A program made the position numbers and the translations under genes. Below the pieces are notes generated by a model. That model was not told the DNA's origin, ran no database searches, and saw nothing but the letters and a program-made list of their open reading frames with translations. A stretch of 64,000 nt of DNA from Fistulifera solaris. Its lineage: Eukaryota. Positions 1-15,100 of the stretch are shown here, one piece after another (the first letter of the stretch is position 1; every line of letters begins with the position of its first letter). Location of the stretch: positions 558,001-622,000 of the forward strand of contig AP026123.1 of the NCBI GenBank assembly GCA_030295235.1, written 5' to 3'.

Positions 1-1850
1 TAACTATCATCTCCATTCCAAATTTGAAACGCAGCTATATGCGTCGAAAAGCAATCCGCATCGTCGAATGCCATTTTCACTATAATGGTAAAGTGATGGT
101 TGTACGCGATCGCGACTAAATAATTTCAGTCACTATCAAAAGAAGAAAACGACATTGAAACGCCACCAAAGTGATCCTCAAACAAAAGCGCGAAGTCTAT
201 AATAAAATTCCTTTCAAATACCAATATATGAAATATGAACTAACTATCATCTTCATTCGAAACGCAACTATATGTGTCGAAAAGCATCCGTTTCGTCGAC
301 TGCAATTTTTACTATAATGGTAAAGTGATGGTTGTACGCGATCAAGACTAAATTTCAGTCGCTTGAAACGCCACCGAAGCAATGAGAGCACCAAAGTTGT
401 TCACAAACAAAAGCGCGAAGTGTATAATCAAATACCAATCAAATACCAATATATGAAATATGAACTAACTATCATCTTCATTCGAAACGCAACTATATGC
501 GTCGAAAAGCATCCGTATCGTCGAATGCCATTTTCACTATAATGGTAAAGTGATGGTTGTACGCGATCGCGACTAAATAACTTCAGTCACTATCAAAAGA
601 AGAAAACGACATTGAAACGCCACCAAAGTGATCCTCAAACAAAAGCGCGAAGTGTATAATAAAATTCCTTTCAAATACCAATATATGAAATATGAACTAA
701 CTATCATCTTCATTCGAAACGCAACTATTTGCGTCGAAAAGCATCCGTTTCGTCGACTGCAGTTTTTACTATAATGGTAAAGTGTTGGTTGTACGCGATC
801 AAGACTAAATTTCAGTCGCTTGAAACGCCACCGAAGCAATGAGAGCACCAAAGTTGTTCACAAACAAAAGCGCGAAGTGTATAATCAAATACCAATCAAA
901 TACCAATATATGAAATATGAACTAACTATCATCTTCATTCGAAACGCAACTATATGCGTCGAAAAGCAATCCGCATCGTCGAATGCCATTTTCACTATAA
1001 TGGTAAAGTGATGGTTGTACGCGATCGCGACTAAATAATTTCAGTCACTATCAAAAGAAGAAAACGACATTGAAACGCCACCAAAGTGATCCTCAAACAA
1101 AAGCGCGAAGTGTATAATCAAATACCATTCAAATACCAATATATGAAATATGAACTAACTATCATCTTCATTCGAAACGCAACTATATGTGTCGAAAAGC
1201 ATCCGTATCGTCGAATGCAGTTTTTACTATAATGGCAAAGTGATGGTTGTACGCGATCAAGACTAAATTTCAGTCGCTTGAAACGCCACCGAAGCAATGA
1301 GAGCACCAAAGTTGTTCACAAACAAAAGCGCGAAGTGTATAATCAAATACCATTCAAATACCAATATATGAAATATGAACTAACTATCATCTTCATTCGA
1401 AACGCAACTATATGTGTCGAAAAGCATCCGTATCGTCGAATGCAGTTTTTACTATAATGGCAAAGTGATGGTTGTACGCGATCAAGACTAAATTTCAGTC
1501 GCTTGAAACGCCACCGAAGCAATGAGAGCACCAAAGTTGTTCACAAACAAAAGCGCGAAGTGTATAATCAAATAACATTCAAATTACAATATATGAAATA
1601 TGAACTAATAACATCTTCATTCGAAACGCAATTATTTGCGACGAAAAGCATGCGTATCGTCGACTGCCATTTTCACTATAACGGTAAAGTGTTGGTTCCA
1701 CGCGATCGCGACTAAATTTCAGTCACTGCCACTGAAGCAATGAGAGCACCAAGGTTGTCCGCAAACAAAAGCGCGAAGTCGATAATCAAATACCATGGAA
1801 ATACCAATAACTGAACTAACACTATCATCTTCATTCGAAACGCAACTATC
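1..1850. repeat. AT-rich tandem satellite, about 225-240 bp monomers of two subtypes (A/B); runs off the left edge
   Basis: TAACTATCATC recurs at 1, 241, 466, 698, 923, 1156, 1381 and about 1606; the order is A-B-A-B-A-B-B then a degenerate unit. Confidence 0.97.
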
Positions 1851-2145
1851 CAGTTCGGGTAACCTTACAACAGATAGATTGAAAGTAAGTACCGGTAAGA
1901 TAGCTGACTATCACTCGCGTCTTAAAATAAAACACGAGTCGTGTTTTTGTATCTGCTTTATAGTACTCGACGATCTCTCGCTCGCGCATGCAGCTCGCTG
2001 GAAACTGCAAATAATAATGACCAGACGATCGGACGATACAATGATGAAAATACGGAGTAGACTATAAAAAATAAAAACAAGTCAACCGATCCTTTTCGTG
2101 CAATCACTATCCCATTGTCTTCTACTATAAGGAAATTAGGTCTTC

Positions 2146-4916
2146 ATGTCGGCTGCTGCTTCCTCATCTAGAGCTACCCAGAGTAGTTCGGAAAGGAGAA
2201 CGGGCATCATCACTCTGCGTTGAAAGATGAAGTGAACGTACCCGAGTCGATGGCTGCTGCACTCGATTGTGACGACCCTGTGCAAGCTTTGCATCTAATA
2301 TCCAGCCATTCGAATACGTTAGCAACCGAACTCTCGGAAAAACTACTGGAAGATGTTCAGACGTACAAATTGGTTCTCCCGGAGATTCTCGCGTCGACTC
2401 AACAACCCGACCATCCGCTACATTCGGCAATCGCCTGCTCGGAATCGGTTCGACAGTCTTTGAATAAAATTGCTTCCGGAGGCTCACAGGCTTCACAAGA
2501 AATTCGTCTTTTAGAGCAAGAAAAGAGCGAACTGGAGGGGCATGCTCGGGCCGTGCAAATGGCGCTGACGTTGCGAACGTCTTCCGATAAGGCCTTGCAG
2601 GCGATGCAAACGAATCAATTACGAGACGCTGCGGAGGCTGTCAAGCCATGGTTAGAATGGCATGAAGCGCATAGTCAAAGTAATGGGAAGAATACAGAAT
2701 CGGCTCGGTGTCGGGCGTACGCGGGAGAGTACTGTCTCAAACAACTAGCCACGACGCATGGTCACCTCAAAGAAACGCTATTGCAGCAATACGAAGCCGC
2801 TGTACTCAAATCGGATCTTGCCACACTCGGTGAACTGACTCCAGTTTTAAGTCTTGTGCAACTGGAACCCGATGCTGTTCGCTTGTATTTACAATTCCTG
2901 AAATCCATTATCATGGAAGACTTTCAAAAAGCGTCACAGCAGAAGACTAAAGACCAGCTTCCGCAACCCTTCGTACCCATGGCTCGAGTGTATAACGCAG
3001 CCGTTTCCTGTTTGCGCCACCATCTTCCCATGGTTTCACATTTTCTTTACAAAGCAGATGGCGACTCCTCTGTCGTGCAACTCGTGCACGGTGAAGTGGA
3101 ACAAGTCGTACTGCCCTTATTGGAGCAATATCAAAAGGACCGGCAACTCACGGCTGTATACAACCGCGCTCAACAAATATATGCAGCGCTGGAAGAGCGT
3201 TATACGGGTCGAGCTATTATGGATCATAATAAGGGGACATCCGATGATTCTGCGATCGATGATGAGGAAGCAGATGATTGTAATTTTTCCGTCGCCATTG
3301 GCTCGTTGAGCGATGCCGATGCTGCCATGGAAGAAGCTGCACGGTGCATTCAATCTGCAGAATCGTATTTGCGGTTCATCCGTCATTCTGCAGATCAAAT
3401 TAACGAAGCCCGGAGAATTCGCTTTGAACAGTCACGGCGACAGAGTCGATTGGATGGAGAACGGACCAAGTGGAAAAATTCAACAAAACAAAATGACGAC
3501 GGTCACAACGGCGGCGACTCTGACGAAGATGGAAAAGAATATCAACCTAGCATCATTGTTCCTGACAACACCTCGCTTCACACTATGATTACTGAGATTG
3601 GTGGGAAATACGCTGGAATTGAAAAATGTCTTTTATTGGCAAGCATGCAAAGAGCCTTTGTCTCTTCTGATCTTGATCCTCGATACTACCGACCACTCTC
3701 GCTGTCGCTGGAGTCGTCGGTCGCAGCCCTGAGCGTGCTCGCACGAAGGCGCTGCAAACGTCAATGGTGGACGCGTGCATGTACGCTGCCAGACACGGAG
3801 CTCAACGAGCATTTGCCACAGGCCACACGAGCACCGCTAGTGCAATGACCAACTTTGTTTCCGATTGCTTGACTGGAGTTCTCTTGGAAGTATTGAGTCA
3901 ACGAGCCGAAGAAGCAGGGGTCGCTCTTTTGAAACCAGGAGATGGTCTTCTTGTCGGTGTCGCAGGACTTTTCAATAATGCTTCAAATCTGATTCGGCAA
4001 GGGGCACATGCGAGCGGCGTTCGAAAAAGTCACGATGAAGAAGCTGTGAAAAGGCAGAATGATATTGCGCATGCCTGTGCGACGTTAAATGATGTAGAGG
4101 TTGCAGTTGATCAGGTCCAGAGGCTTTCTAAATTGCTGACTGACGCTGTTGCTCAAGGTTTTCCGCCAGGAATACACGAGACTGAACAGCTTAGTCTGTG
4201 CGTCCAATCGCTTTCAAATGTCGTAGATAGTTTCCGGATTGCTTCGAACGGGACGGTGGAATCTCTTGAGTCTGTTTTGAAGCCTCGCCTGAGGTCAATT
4301 GTGGGGGAAGCCGTAGGCAGTGAGGGTGGCACATTTATGGGATCGTCCGTGGCTGCCATGGGTGGCGCTAAGGCAAGCGATCGTGGAGCGATGGCGAGAA
4401 TGAATTATAATCTAGATGAAGAAGCATACAATCTTCTGCAACTATCCGAAGGGTATGTCGCTCGGCTCTGTCATTCTCTCGATGAACTCATGGATCCGCT
4501 CCGGCAATATCTAGCTCCGCGACTTTGGGACACACTGTTACTCAGTGCTATGGGAACCGTGTCCAAGCGTTTAGAGACCTCGATTCGAAAGTGTGAGTTC
4601 ACAGCTCTAGGTGCTTTGACACTGGATGCTGATGTCCGCGATATCGTCAACTTCGTGAAAGAACGTCTTTACGCTCCGGAGTATAACTCCACCGCTGCTG
4701 CTGTAAAAGCCTGCCCCGCTCTTTTCTCGCCTATTGCAAATAGCCAAGTTGCTGTCAGTTGACGATCTGGATGACGTTGTTGACTTGATCAGCAGCGCCA
4801 AGCGAAAAGGTAATTGGGATTTGAAGATAGACGACGCTAAATCTCTTCTGAGCTCAAGGGTTGAATTCGAGAGCTCCAAAGTCAATACATTGCTACGTCT
4901 TCCTGATAATGAATAA
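2146..4916 (+). CDS. COG4: Conserved oligomeric Golgi complex subunit 4-like (apparent frameshifts near 2220, 3735, 4730)
   Basis: Helical protein split over ORFs 2220..3848, 3764..4762 and 4734..4916; the C-terminal FTALGALTLDADVR..RLLQIAKLLS..L..DDAK..L..RVEF pattern matches COG4. Confidence 0.75.
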
Positions 4917-5003
4917 AGCTACAAGTCTCCGAGTCCGGGTTAAATGCTATATCTGCAATGTGAAACTGTGAAATGATAACTTATAACGTTTATACAGTTT
5001 ACG

Positions 5004-5887
5004 TTACTCTTGAAAACATCTCTTTACGAACTTCAGTATCTCTTCGCCGACCTGCTCGGGTTGTTCTAACATGACGAGGTGACTCGCTGAATCGACCACT
5101 ACAAACGTAGCCATGGGGAGCTGGTCAGCAAGATGCTGTCCACATTCTAGTGGGAGAACTCCATCATCCTTCCCGTGAATAATGAGAGCAGGAACATTGC
5201 GAATTGATTGAATGTCGTCTACGGTTGCCCACTGCATGTTGCGATGATAGTTTTTGGCAAGAGCCATATCATTGCGGTTGCTGCCTTTCCGTACTTCCTC
5301 ACGAAGCTCCGTATGATCCGGATGGACTGACATTTTGACAAATTCGTCTGTCATGGTTCTTTGCAGGAATCGTAACATGAAAAGGGGTAGTTTCATGATG
5401 GGATGTCCGCCATCGGAGTGAGGCAAATGCGGATTGCGAATTGACGTGCCGATGAGGACGAGGCCCTCAAATTTGGCAGCGGATTGGTTCGGAGAGTATT
5501 CAGAACAATCGTTGGTCCGTATGAATGTCCAATTACGATGATGGGCACAGTCGAATCAGTAAACTTATCCAAAATTGCAGCAAAATCTTTCGCAAGTTCC
5601 TCATTGTGAAAGGCGGACGGTCGGGTATCTGCAGGACTAGGCGATTGACCGCAACCGACACAGTCGTAGAGAATAAACTTGACGCCTTTCAAGGATAAGT
5701 ACTCGCCGCAACGCTGCTTCAGAGTATTCAAAACCAGGCCATATTGCTGCTCCGTTGCCATCGTTCCGTGCTGAAAAACAAGCTGGAGTTCAACATTGTC
5801 TTCGGCGTTTTCTTGATATTCCTGCCTTACGAAAACGCTACGACCGGGCCGTATCTCCTGTATGCAAGCATCCGGTACATGGTGCAT
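5004..5887 (-). CDS. Alpha/beta-fold hydrolase (one apparent frameshift near 5465)
   Basis: HG oxyanion motif, YDCVGCGQS, GHSYG nucleophile elbow, IIHGKDD and ASHLVMLEQPE. Confidence 0.9.
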
Positions 5888-6050
5888 TGTCGTTTGAGCA
5901 GCGAAGTAATGGGCAACTTTTTTCCAAAAGATAGACTCTTACAAAAACAACGCACGCAACATGCGCAACGTGCAACCTTTTTCTCGTCCCCTTTGGTGCT
6001 TGTGCGACACGATCTGAAATTCTACATACGTATAATATAAACGCTTGGGA

Positions 6051-6330
6051 CTATAAGCCCTTACTGTATCTTACGTTTTGCCGCGACTGCGTTTCAGTCA
6101 TGAATCAATATCATTTCGAGTGAGTCAGATTGCTACCTAACCTCCGTTCATTCTGCAAGCATGTTCAAATAGATTTGTCGCTATCACAGTGCAATTGTTA
6201 CTAGCATTTACATCGTTCATTTTCATTCTCATTCTTAACGTTGAAAGACTAGGGGACCTTGGCCTTCGCAACACTACGCATAGACCTAAAGTGTTCGTCG
6301 TTTTTGCCACGACTGCATTTCAGTCATGAG
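6051..6330 (+). promoter_or_regulatory. Dimer of the dispersed GACTG-N-CAGTCATGA module
   Basis: ccgcgactgcgtttcagtcatga (6081) and ccacgactgcatttcagtcatga (6307). Confidence 0.7.
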
Positions 6331-6748
6331 CTACACAATTCTTTATTCTTTCCTATGTTGTGTTGATTTTCTTTCCGCCCCACTATAAGCAATTGTTCAT
6401 AACATGCAAAGCCTTATGAGCGTGCCTTATGCCGGAATGAATGGGAAATGGGAAGTGAAATATTGCTGTTCCACGCTTGATCTAGCTTTATTAGTAAAAA
6501 AATGACCGTTCCTTATCCTTAATAATCAAAACCCTTCGAGTTAAAAGCCACGCTCGTCTATATGTCGAGGCGATGATGGCGATGAGCAAAAGAGCCGCCA
6601 TCTCCTTTTCATTTGAAAGTGATTGATGTCCTTTGAAACATGTCTAACTTATAATCAACATGGACGATTAGTTTTTCAAGTTTAAAGAGCCTTCTTCGTT
6701 CTCTCAAGCAATATCTATATCAGATACTCGCAACTTCTTTTTTATGAA

Positions 6749-7598
6749 ATGGCCGAGAGAGATCCGTTTCACACCGACGACGATTTTGGCGCTACGGTAC
6801 ATTCATTCGCTGATACGTTCGATTTCTCGCTAAATACAAAATTGGCTATATTGACGTCTATCCTTTTTGTTCTAATAACTCATTGGAAATGTGAGTGATT
6901 GCGCGTTTTTTCATTATTCTAGTGAGTTTTCTCACGGTCTTTTTTGTCAATGAACCGCAGCCTCAATAGAAAAGTGGTATAGAAGCCTGAGATTTCAACT
7001 AAAGCATATAACAATCAAGGAGTTTATCGTAAACTGGTGGTGGACGAATATTGAGTATGTTCGAGGAGCATGGTTTATCGGAAATGAGATTCTGCGGAAT
7101 ACTTTTTTGATCCTGAGGGGCAGCCCAGATTATTCTAAACGAGATGGTGTGTATACGGACTCGACGGAGAAGCAAGATGGCTATCGGTCGTTTATGCCAG
7201 CGTTACTGCATGATGAGCATCTGAATGATGTACTCGAGCCAAGCAGAAAAGAACAAGGAACAGAGGCCACTTTAACTAATGGTCATCATATTAGACATGA
7301 CAATCGCGCTATCACAAAAGTATCGGCGACAGAGAAAGTACCGTTAAGGCAAGAAGAAATTGAACCTGCGTTCCGTCTTGAAAAAAGCTATCCTCCTGGT
7401 TGGTTAGTATTCCACTCGCGTTTAGGTGTTGTTCCAAAGAGCGTAGCCGACGAATACGATCGGAGAAAAGTTCTTTTGGTGGACGAAGCATCACATGGTC
7501 TGATGCATAATAAAGCACGTAACGAGTGTTTATCCTCTCATGACCCACATCCGCTACTCGCCGGCAATAACAGTCAATCATCGCTTACTGTTCAATGA
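6749..7598 (+). CDS. Hypothetical protein with one N-terminal hydrophobic segment; intron 6891..6960
   Basis: ATG at 6749; removing the GTGAG...CCGCAG intron gives an open frame into ORF 7107..7598. Confidence 0.6.
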
Positions 7599-8383
7599 GG
7601 CTTGGGAATATCATTGTAACGACTTGACTTTCGCCAACGGCCCTTTGACAGTCAGATTTCTTTTCAAATTCATAGTTTACACAAGGTTGTGAAACTGGCC
7701 ACGAAACCCTAGCTATACGCAGCCGGCCCCTTTACATTAGCAATGCGAAAGTCAGATTCCAGACATGGTAATGAGCGATCCTTACTCTACAGAATAATCC
7801 AATCTGTGTTGCCAACATCACATACCATGTATGTTATATCTAATGGTGTGAATCATTTTTGTCTTGTTCATGTTTCGACGTCGACTCCGGTTATCCTTAG
7901 AATTGAGTCGTAGCGGCATAGTGCTAGGGTTGACGATTGACGACTGACACTCTTAGCTGCCACGTGGTAGTCACAAGTCACAATGCTGAAGAATAAGGTA
8001 AAGGACTGTACATTTTTCGTGATAGTCGCGTAAACAATGACGCAATGACCGCCGAACACCGGAGCAATCGTGTTCGGCGAAACGCTCCTCACTATAGGCT
8101 TATTCTGTGAATTCTGTCCCGGTACGCCGAAAGGCGGAAACCGTTACCGTTATTCCGCACACAATGTACCAGTCTGAATTATCAATGACGGTTTTTAGTG
8201 TACTCCGCAACAAAATCCTGTCGATTTCCTTATGCAGAACGTCTACCGCAACTGGCGTAGAAAAGATTGACATGGCCGAACCGCTTCGAAGGTCTCGCTC
8301 GCTGCGGAACTTTTCATAATTTTCGCAATCGTATCGAGCGAAGACTTTGTTGTTCTATTCCACTTACCAAGCAGATATCAAGC

Positions 8384-9544
<1,161 letters not shown>

Positions 9545-9796
9545 GGCCTTCGTAGATAACTTTGCTCCGGCACATAAGTAGCGTACGATTGTCTCTATGA
9601 GTGCTTTCATACTAATATGTATCATTATCTTTCTTGTTTGAAGAGTGATAACCGGTACTTTATTTTACTAGGGAGTGACTGTTGCCCTGTGTGGCTTCTA
9701 CAGTACGTAGAGGACTCAAGGTTCAGTGCAAGACTCTAGAGGGTCTAGGTTCAAAGTGCGTTTTATGAGAAATTTTTTTGCAAGTACCTGGTAGCA

Positions 9797-9828
9797 TAGA
9801 CTAGACTAGACTAGACTAGACCAGACCA
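9797..9828. repeat. (GACTA)n microsatellite
   Basis: tagactagactagactagactagaccagacc. Confidence 0.85.
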
Positions 9829-12179
9829 AGTTGATCAACACATTGAACTCTTCAACCAGTCGACACATCGCTCATAACAGCAACAAATGAATATGCAACT
9901 ATTATTAGTCAAGATGAGCCTTCCTTGAGCAGCCAAGTCTTACTACTTGCATACCTGGTACGACATGTTGCGAGAGCAGACTGCCGTCTCGAAACAATTG
10001 CACTGGTTTCGATCACACAATGAACACTAAGTTTGACAACGTCGGTATGGCTACCGACACCAAAGTTTTGAAATAAAGAATCAGCACATGCGATGAGTCG
10101 GTGTCAGATCAAAAAACATTGAGAGAGCCGATCATTGACATGATTCTGGTACGGAGTTGGTAGATTTACAGCATGGATCGGCTCTGTTGACAGAACGCGG
10201 CTGCTTAAAAATATTATTGTTGGCCTGGTCGGTAAAAAAAATCGGGGGGTTAGAATAGACGAGGATGCCTGTTGGTTGGACTTTTGCGCCTAAAAACCAT
10301 CAGTCCTAGTAAACATTGCCTTCATGCATTTAAGTCAAGAAAAAAGACTCTTCATATGGTCGAATGGCGCAAAATCGAAATCGTTTCACAACCTTACCAT
10401 CAAAACAGCAAACACAAGCCTATGCGCAGTCATACATCTCTCTTACTAAAGAGAGGCATCCTTAATAGTGCCGGTCAATGTGTTTCATGGTCTTAGTTAC
10501 ACTTCCGCACAAAAGTCTCTGTCTGTTTCGAAATAAGCACTTTTGCGCCTCTCCTTTAGCATACCTGTAGACCACAAAAGACAATATCATCCTTTTACCT
10601 TTTTTTTTAAAATTGTTAACGAAGAAATAATTATCATGGAATAATTTTGTTGCTTTTATTGCCATCAAAAATGCACCCGAAATCTAGAAAGCAGCGTGGC
10701 GTCTTGCCGAGAAAACCGTGTCCCGTGTAAGTTTAGGTACAGTCAATGTGAGTGTCATGCTTTCCACTCTATAAGTCACGAGTCTTAAAATGAATCCAGT
10801 CTGTCCGTGCGCCCTCCGCGACATTTCACAAGCACACTGCGACATGACATTTCTGACGAGTACCGTTCCGATCTATTTAACACTGTTTATTTGTTATACT
10901 GAAGTCCCTAGTACTTTAAAATCGTATGGTACCCAAACCGTGTTTTTCGGCCAAAAATGCAAGGGCATAGCACAGGATTTTTTCGACCCATTGCTTTTCA
11001 CCTTCATTTCATGCAATTGAGTAAGCTTTCAAAGGCATTTAACGTTTTCCTTCTCCATAATTTCAAGCACTCATGATGGAGATCGTAAGTCAGAGATGTC
11101 GACGATATCTTGCACGGAAATTCGTTGCGGTGAGGGTTTTACCCCTTTGTGAGAGGATGGGTTTGCTCGATGACTTCTGTCGCCGCAGCGTAAATGTCAA
11201 GCCACAACGACAGCAGTGCAAGTTGCGAAGTTTTTAAAGGGACGATCTCCAGTGATGGGTATTCTCAGATGTTCTTAGACGCCAAAATCGCACAGTCGAA
11301 GTCCTACGATAGATTAATATCCAAGCCAACGCAACCCAAGTCCCCCGTGTTAATCGGATCGTCCAGATGAAAGGCGGATTGTGAAACGCTAAATGACGGT
11401 AGTCGACCAGTTTTTAGAGCAACGAAGCAGTTCACGCAGTATACAGCCAAGTTTGGGGAGGTTGCGGTTTGTTACTCCGTAAGATGCTTTATTTACGACC
11501 AAGTTGGGGGCATATTCTTTTTTTCAAGTAGTTGCCACGAAAGAAGATGCCATGTTTTCATTATTAAAAAGAAAATTGAGCTGATTGCAACGGGAAATAA
11601 ATAGTAACGCAGCCACTGCTTTGCAATCTCACTTGAAACTCAACGTGTTGGCTTGCTAGTCAGGATGATCCTCGAATTGTGAAATGCCCAAACACTATGA
11701 TATTCGGTCGGATTAATTCGACCAATCCCATATGCACAGACACCAATCATTATTTTATCTACTCTCGTCGCTTGCACCGCTCGCCACTATTCTATGTTGC
11801 TAAGAGCTGAGGATTCAAGCAAGTCTTAATCGAGCTGAATAAAGACAATACTATCGGAGGTGTCAAACAAATCATTTTCTTTCCGCAACAACGTTACTCC
11901 GTCTATGTATCTTTTTATTTTCTGCTGCCGCCCGAATAAAGATTGCGCGCAGCAAATGCGCTACGTGACTCGATAAGTCAGTCTGGTGTGAATTATGGTT
12001 TCTGTCATCGAACTAAGAACGCTGTTAAACCATATCCCAAACACCAGATTTACGCGATCTAGACATCTCTAACGAAAAATGGAACATAAGGCGCAAAGGA
12101 GCAACATGAAAGCAAGTTGGCTCTGATTTTGTGATACGTGCTGTCCAAATATGCAGTGTTATTTATTGAGTGTAAACAT

Positions 12180-15100
12180 TTACAAGAAAGCTTTATATTG
12201 CTTCACGTCCTCCTTGGTACTAAGCTTACCCGAGGCAACAGATTGGCCGTGGGTACCGGGCATCGGCATGTTTTGCGGAATGGAGACGAGACTGGAGCCA
12301 CTAGGTGGGACGTTTGTCAATCTCGTAGCAATAGTAGATGCACCGAGCGAACCCGCATAGGAATCGGAATCATTATATCCGCGGTACCCACTCGAAGGGC
12401 CACCCGTTTTTTCGAGTTCCATCTTCAGAAGAAGATGTAGTAGACTCTTCGTCGGAATCTTCATCGGAATTGCTTCCTTCCGAGTCAGAAGCGTCGCCTT
12501 CTTTGTCGGTCGCTGTCGTAACTGTACGCGTTTTGCCCCAAGAGAAATCATCCATATTGGCGAAAGCGTAAATAGGAAGAATGAAGTAGAACACGGGAAT
12601 ACCAGCGACACAAAGACAGCGAACCACCACAGATAATCCCATCGCGAGCGAACAAGGAATGAAAGCATCTGTAGTGAGAACGAAACTGCATAGAATATCA
12701 ACACAAACGTGTCGATAAGCTCGGGCTGGGTGATGAAAAGATATGCCAGGTAACCAATGTAGATCAATGAGGCTGGGAGAATCATCGTGACGATCAAGTC
12801 CATGACGACGACCATTTTCATGGAAAACATGCAGATACCACACATTGTTTGGACCTTTAGCAGCTCGTACATGTTATGAAACGTAGAATTGATCCAGCGA
12901 CGGCGCTGTGAAAGAAGAATCCACATCGTGTGTGGCACGATCGTCCAACACATCGCTTCGGGTACGAAACTCAGTCTCATTCCTGGAAAGTACTGCAAAA
13001 GCAGTGTTGTAAGCATTCGATCCTCTCCTAGCTCAAAAGATTCTTCTCGTGAAGTGAAGGGATATCGTTGCGTGCGTAATCCGTGTATACCAAATCATGT
13101 GCGATCAAGCATTTCATATCTTCTGTCATCACACGATACCTTCAAAGAAAAAATTAGTCACGAAACGCGAAAGATTTGTAGGGTGTGCCGAGTAAACTTA
13201 CATTGTAAAACAACCGGGTAAGCATGTCACGCAACCGAAAACAGATTCGAAAGCTTTCTTCAAGTGGTGACTGGAATAGTACTCGAACACTTGAATCATG
13301 GTGACCCAAGATTGCGCCTTGTTGTCTACTTGGGTCTCTCCACAGCAAGCCAGAATCTTTTTATCCTGCTCCATGCTGTACACCATGTGGGACATCGAAT
13401 CTACATGGACCCTGGTGTCGGCATCAATTGTCATCAGGTATTCGATGTCTTTCGCGGGCATGCCTAAACTGAAAAGAGCTTTCACGAGAGCCATGTCAAG
13501 CTCACTAGGTTCGCGGTTGTAATGAATGCGATTGAACATGCCAGCCAGAACCAGCTGCGAGTCACGCTTCCCTCGATTACCAGGACGACCGCTAGATTGC
13601 TCTTCTGGGCCGCCACGCTTTACAACCACAACATACTTCAGCGACAATTCAACTTCCTGGACTTCTTTTTCGTAAACTCCAGCGTAAACACTTGCATAGT
13701 TGTCACGTCGACGTCCAAGAGATCGATAATGATGGGTTTCGTCGTCTTCATTTATTTCGAAACCAAGAATACGAGCGCAGATCTCGGGCGTACTGTACTT
13801 TTCACCGCTTCCAGTAATAACACCGTCCGCGACCACGCACACCAATTTGTTCTCCTCGGGGTAAGTTGTGTGGATCACGGAATCAAGAGTCTTACGCAAC
13901 TCGCCATCACCTTCATTGTAGCAAGGGACCATCACCATGACCGCCGCTTGCAAATCGTCCTCCGCAAAGCTTCGGTGAGATCTGCGGAACAAAAAAAGAC
14001 CAGAGAATGAGAAGAAAGACGCGATTTTTTCTCCGAGAACGACAACTCAAGCTGGATCTTACCTGCATAAGTAAACAAAGGAGCACAAAACCTGCGAGTC
14101 AAAAAGATCAAGACGGGAACGTGTCAGTCGCGATTATGGCGTGAGAAAAGCTATGTCCCACAAACGCATTTTTCTTCTCACCTGCACCGCAAGGAATCCT
14201 GTGATGAAGAATAGGAAGAAGTACCTGATAGAGGGGAAAAGAAAGAAGGCGAACGTTAGATGGTGGAAGAATGAGTCATATTTTTGTCGGCTTGGCTCAA
14301 TTGGGCCGTGCCAAGACTCTCCGAAGAGAATCCGGCACCATAGACCCGTCTAGACGCTTCTTGAATTCACATGCAGTTGGACTTACATTAATACACCAAT
14401 GGAATTGCACGCCGGATCGTAGCGGTCGTCCACAACTGCCTCGAAGAAGAGCTGATCCAAACAGCTGGGTGGAAAGGGGTTAGATTGGCGTTCATGTCGT
14501 GACAACGTCATCTGTCCGAGACTTACTATAAGTAATCGTCCGTGTCAAAGAGATCATAATAGATCGCAGTAGCGTCCCTGTTCAACTGGATCATGATCAG
14601 CTGGTGTAAATCCGCATAAAGATAAGCGTTGGGGTGATCGAGGCTCTCCGAGATGGTGTTCGTCTTGTTGTCCCAAAGATCGCTAACGTACTGCGTCACA
14701 TTGTAAATCGTATTCTTGATTCGAATGTATTGCATCCCATTTTGACCAAGCTCCCATTGTGGAATGACCAATTGTCCGGCCACGTCGTCTTTGAACTGTG
14801 CTTTGACGGCGTCGATGCCGACGATCTGATCGTGACAAGGAATTCCGGTAAGCAAATCGAGTTCCGTCAACTGCGTGCAGGTAGATGTATCATGCGTGGC
14901 CAAATACTCGTTCTTGGTCGTATTCAAGCAGAACGCGGGAAGTCGAGCCGGTGCTACACGGGGAAACAGGCGACTAGCGTCATTTCCCAGAAACTGGAGA
15001 ATTCCATCCTTACCACCGGGGTGGCGATCAACGTAGCCAGCCATGTCATAGATAGTTCCAAAAATTGTGATCCAAGCTTCTCCTTGTTGCTTCCAAATCT

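Noticed and set aside
197..1715. Repeated short ORFs (MVLSLLRWRF...) in the satellite
   Set aside because: By-products of the tandem repeat, with variable ends and non-ATG starts.
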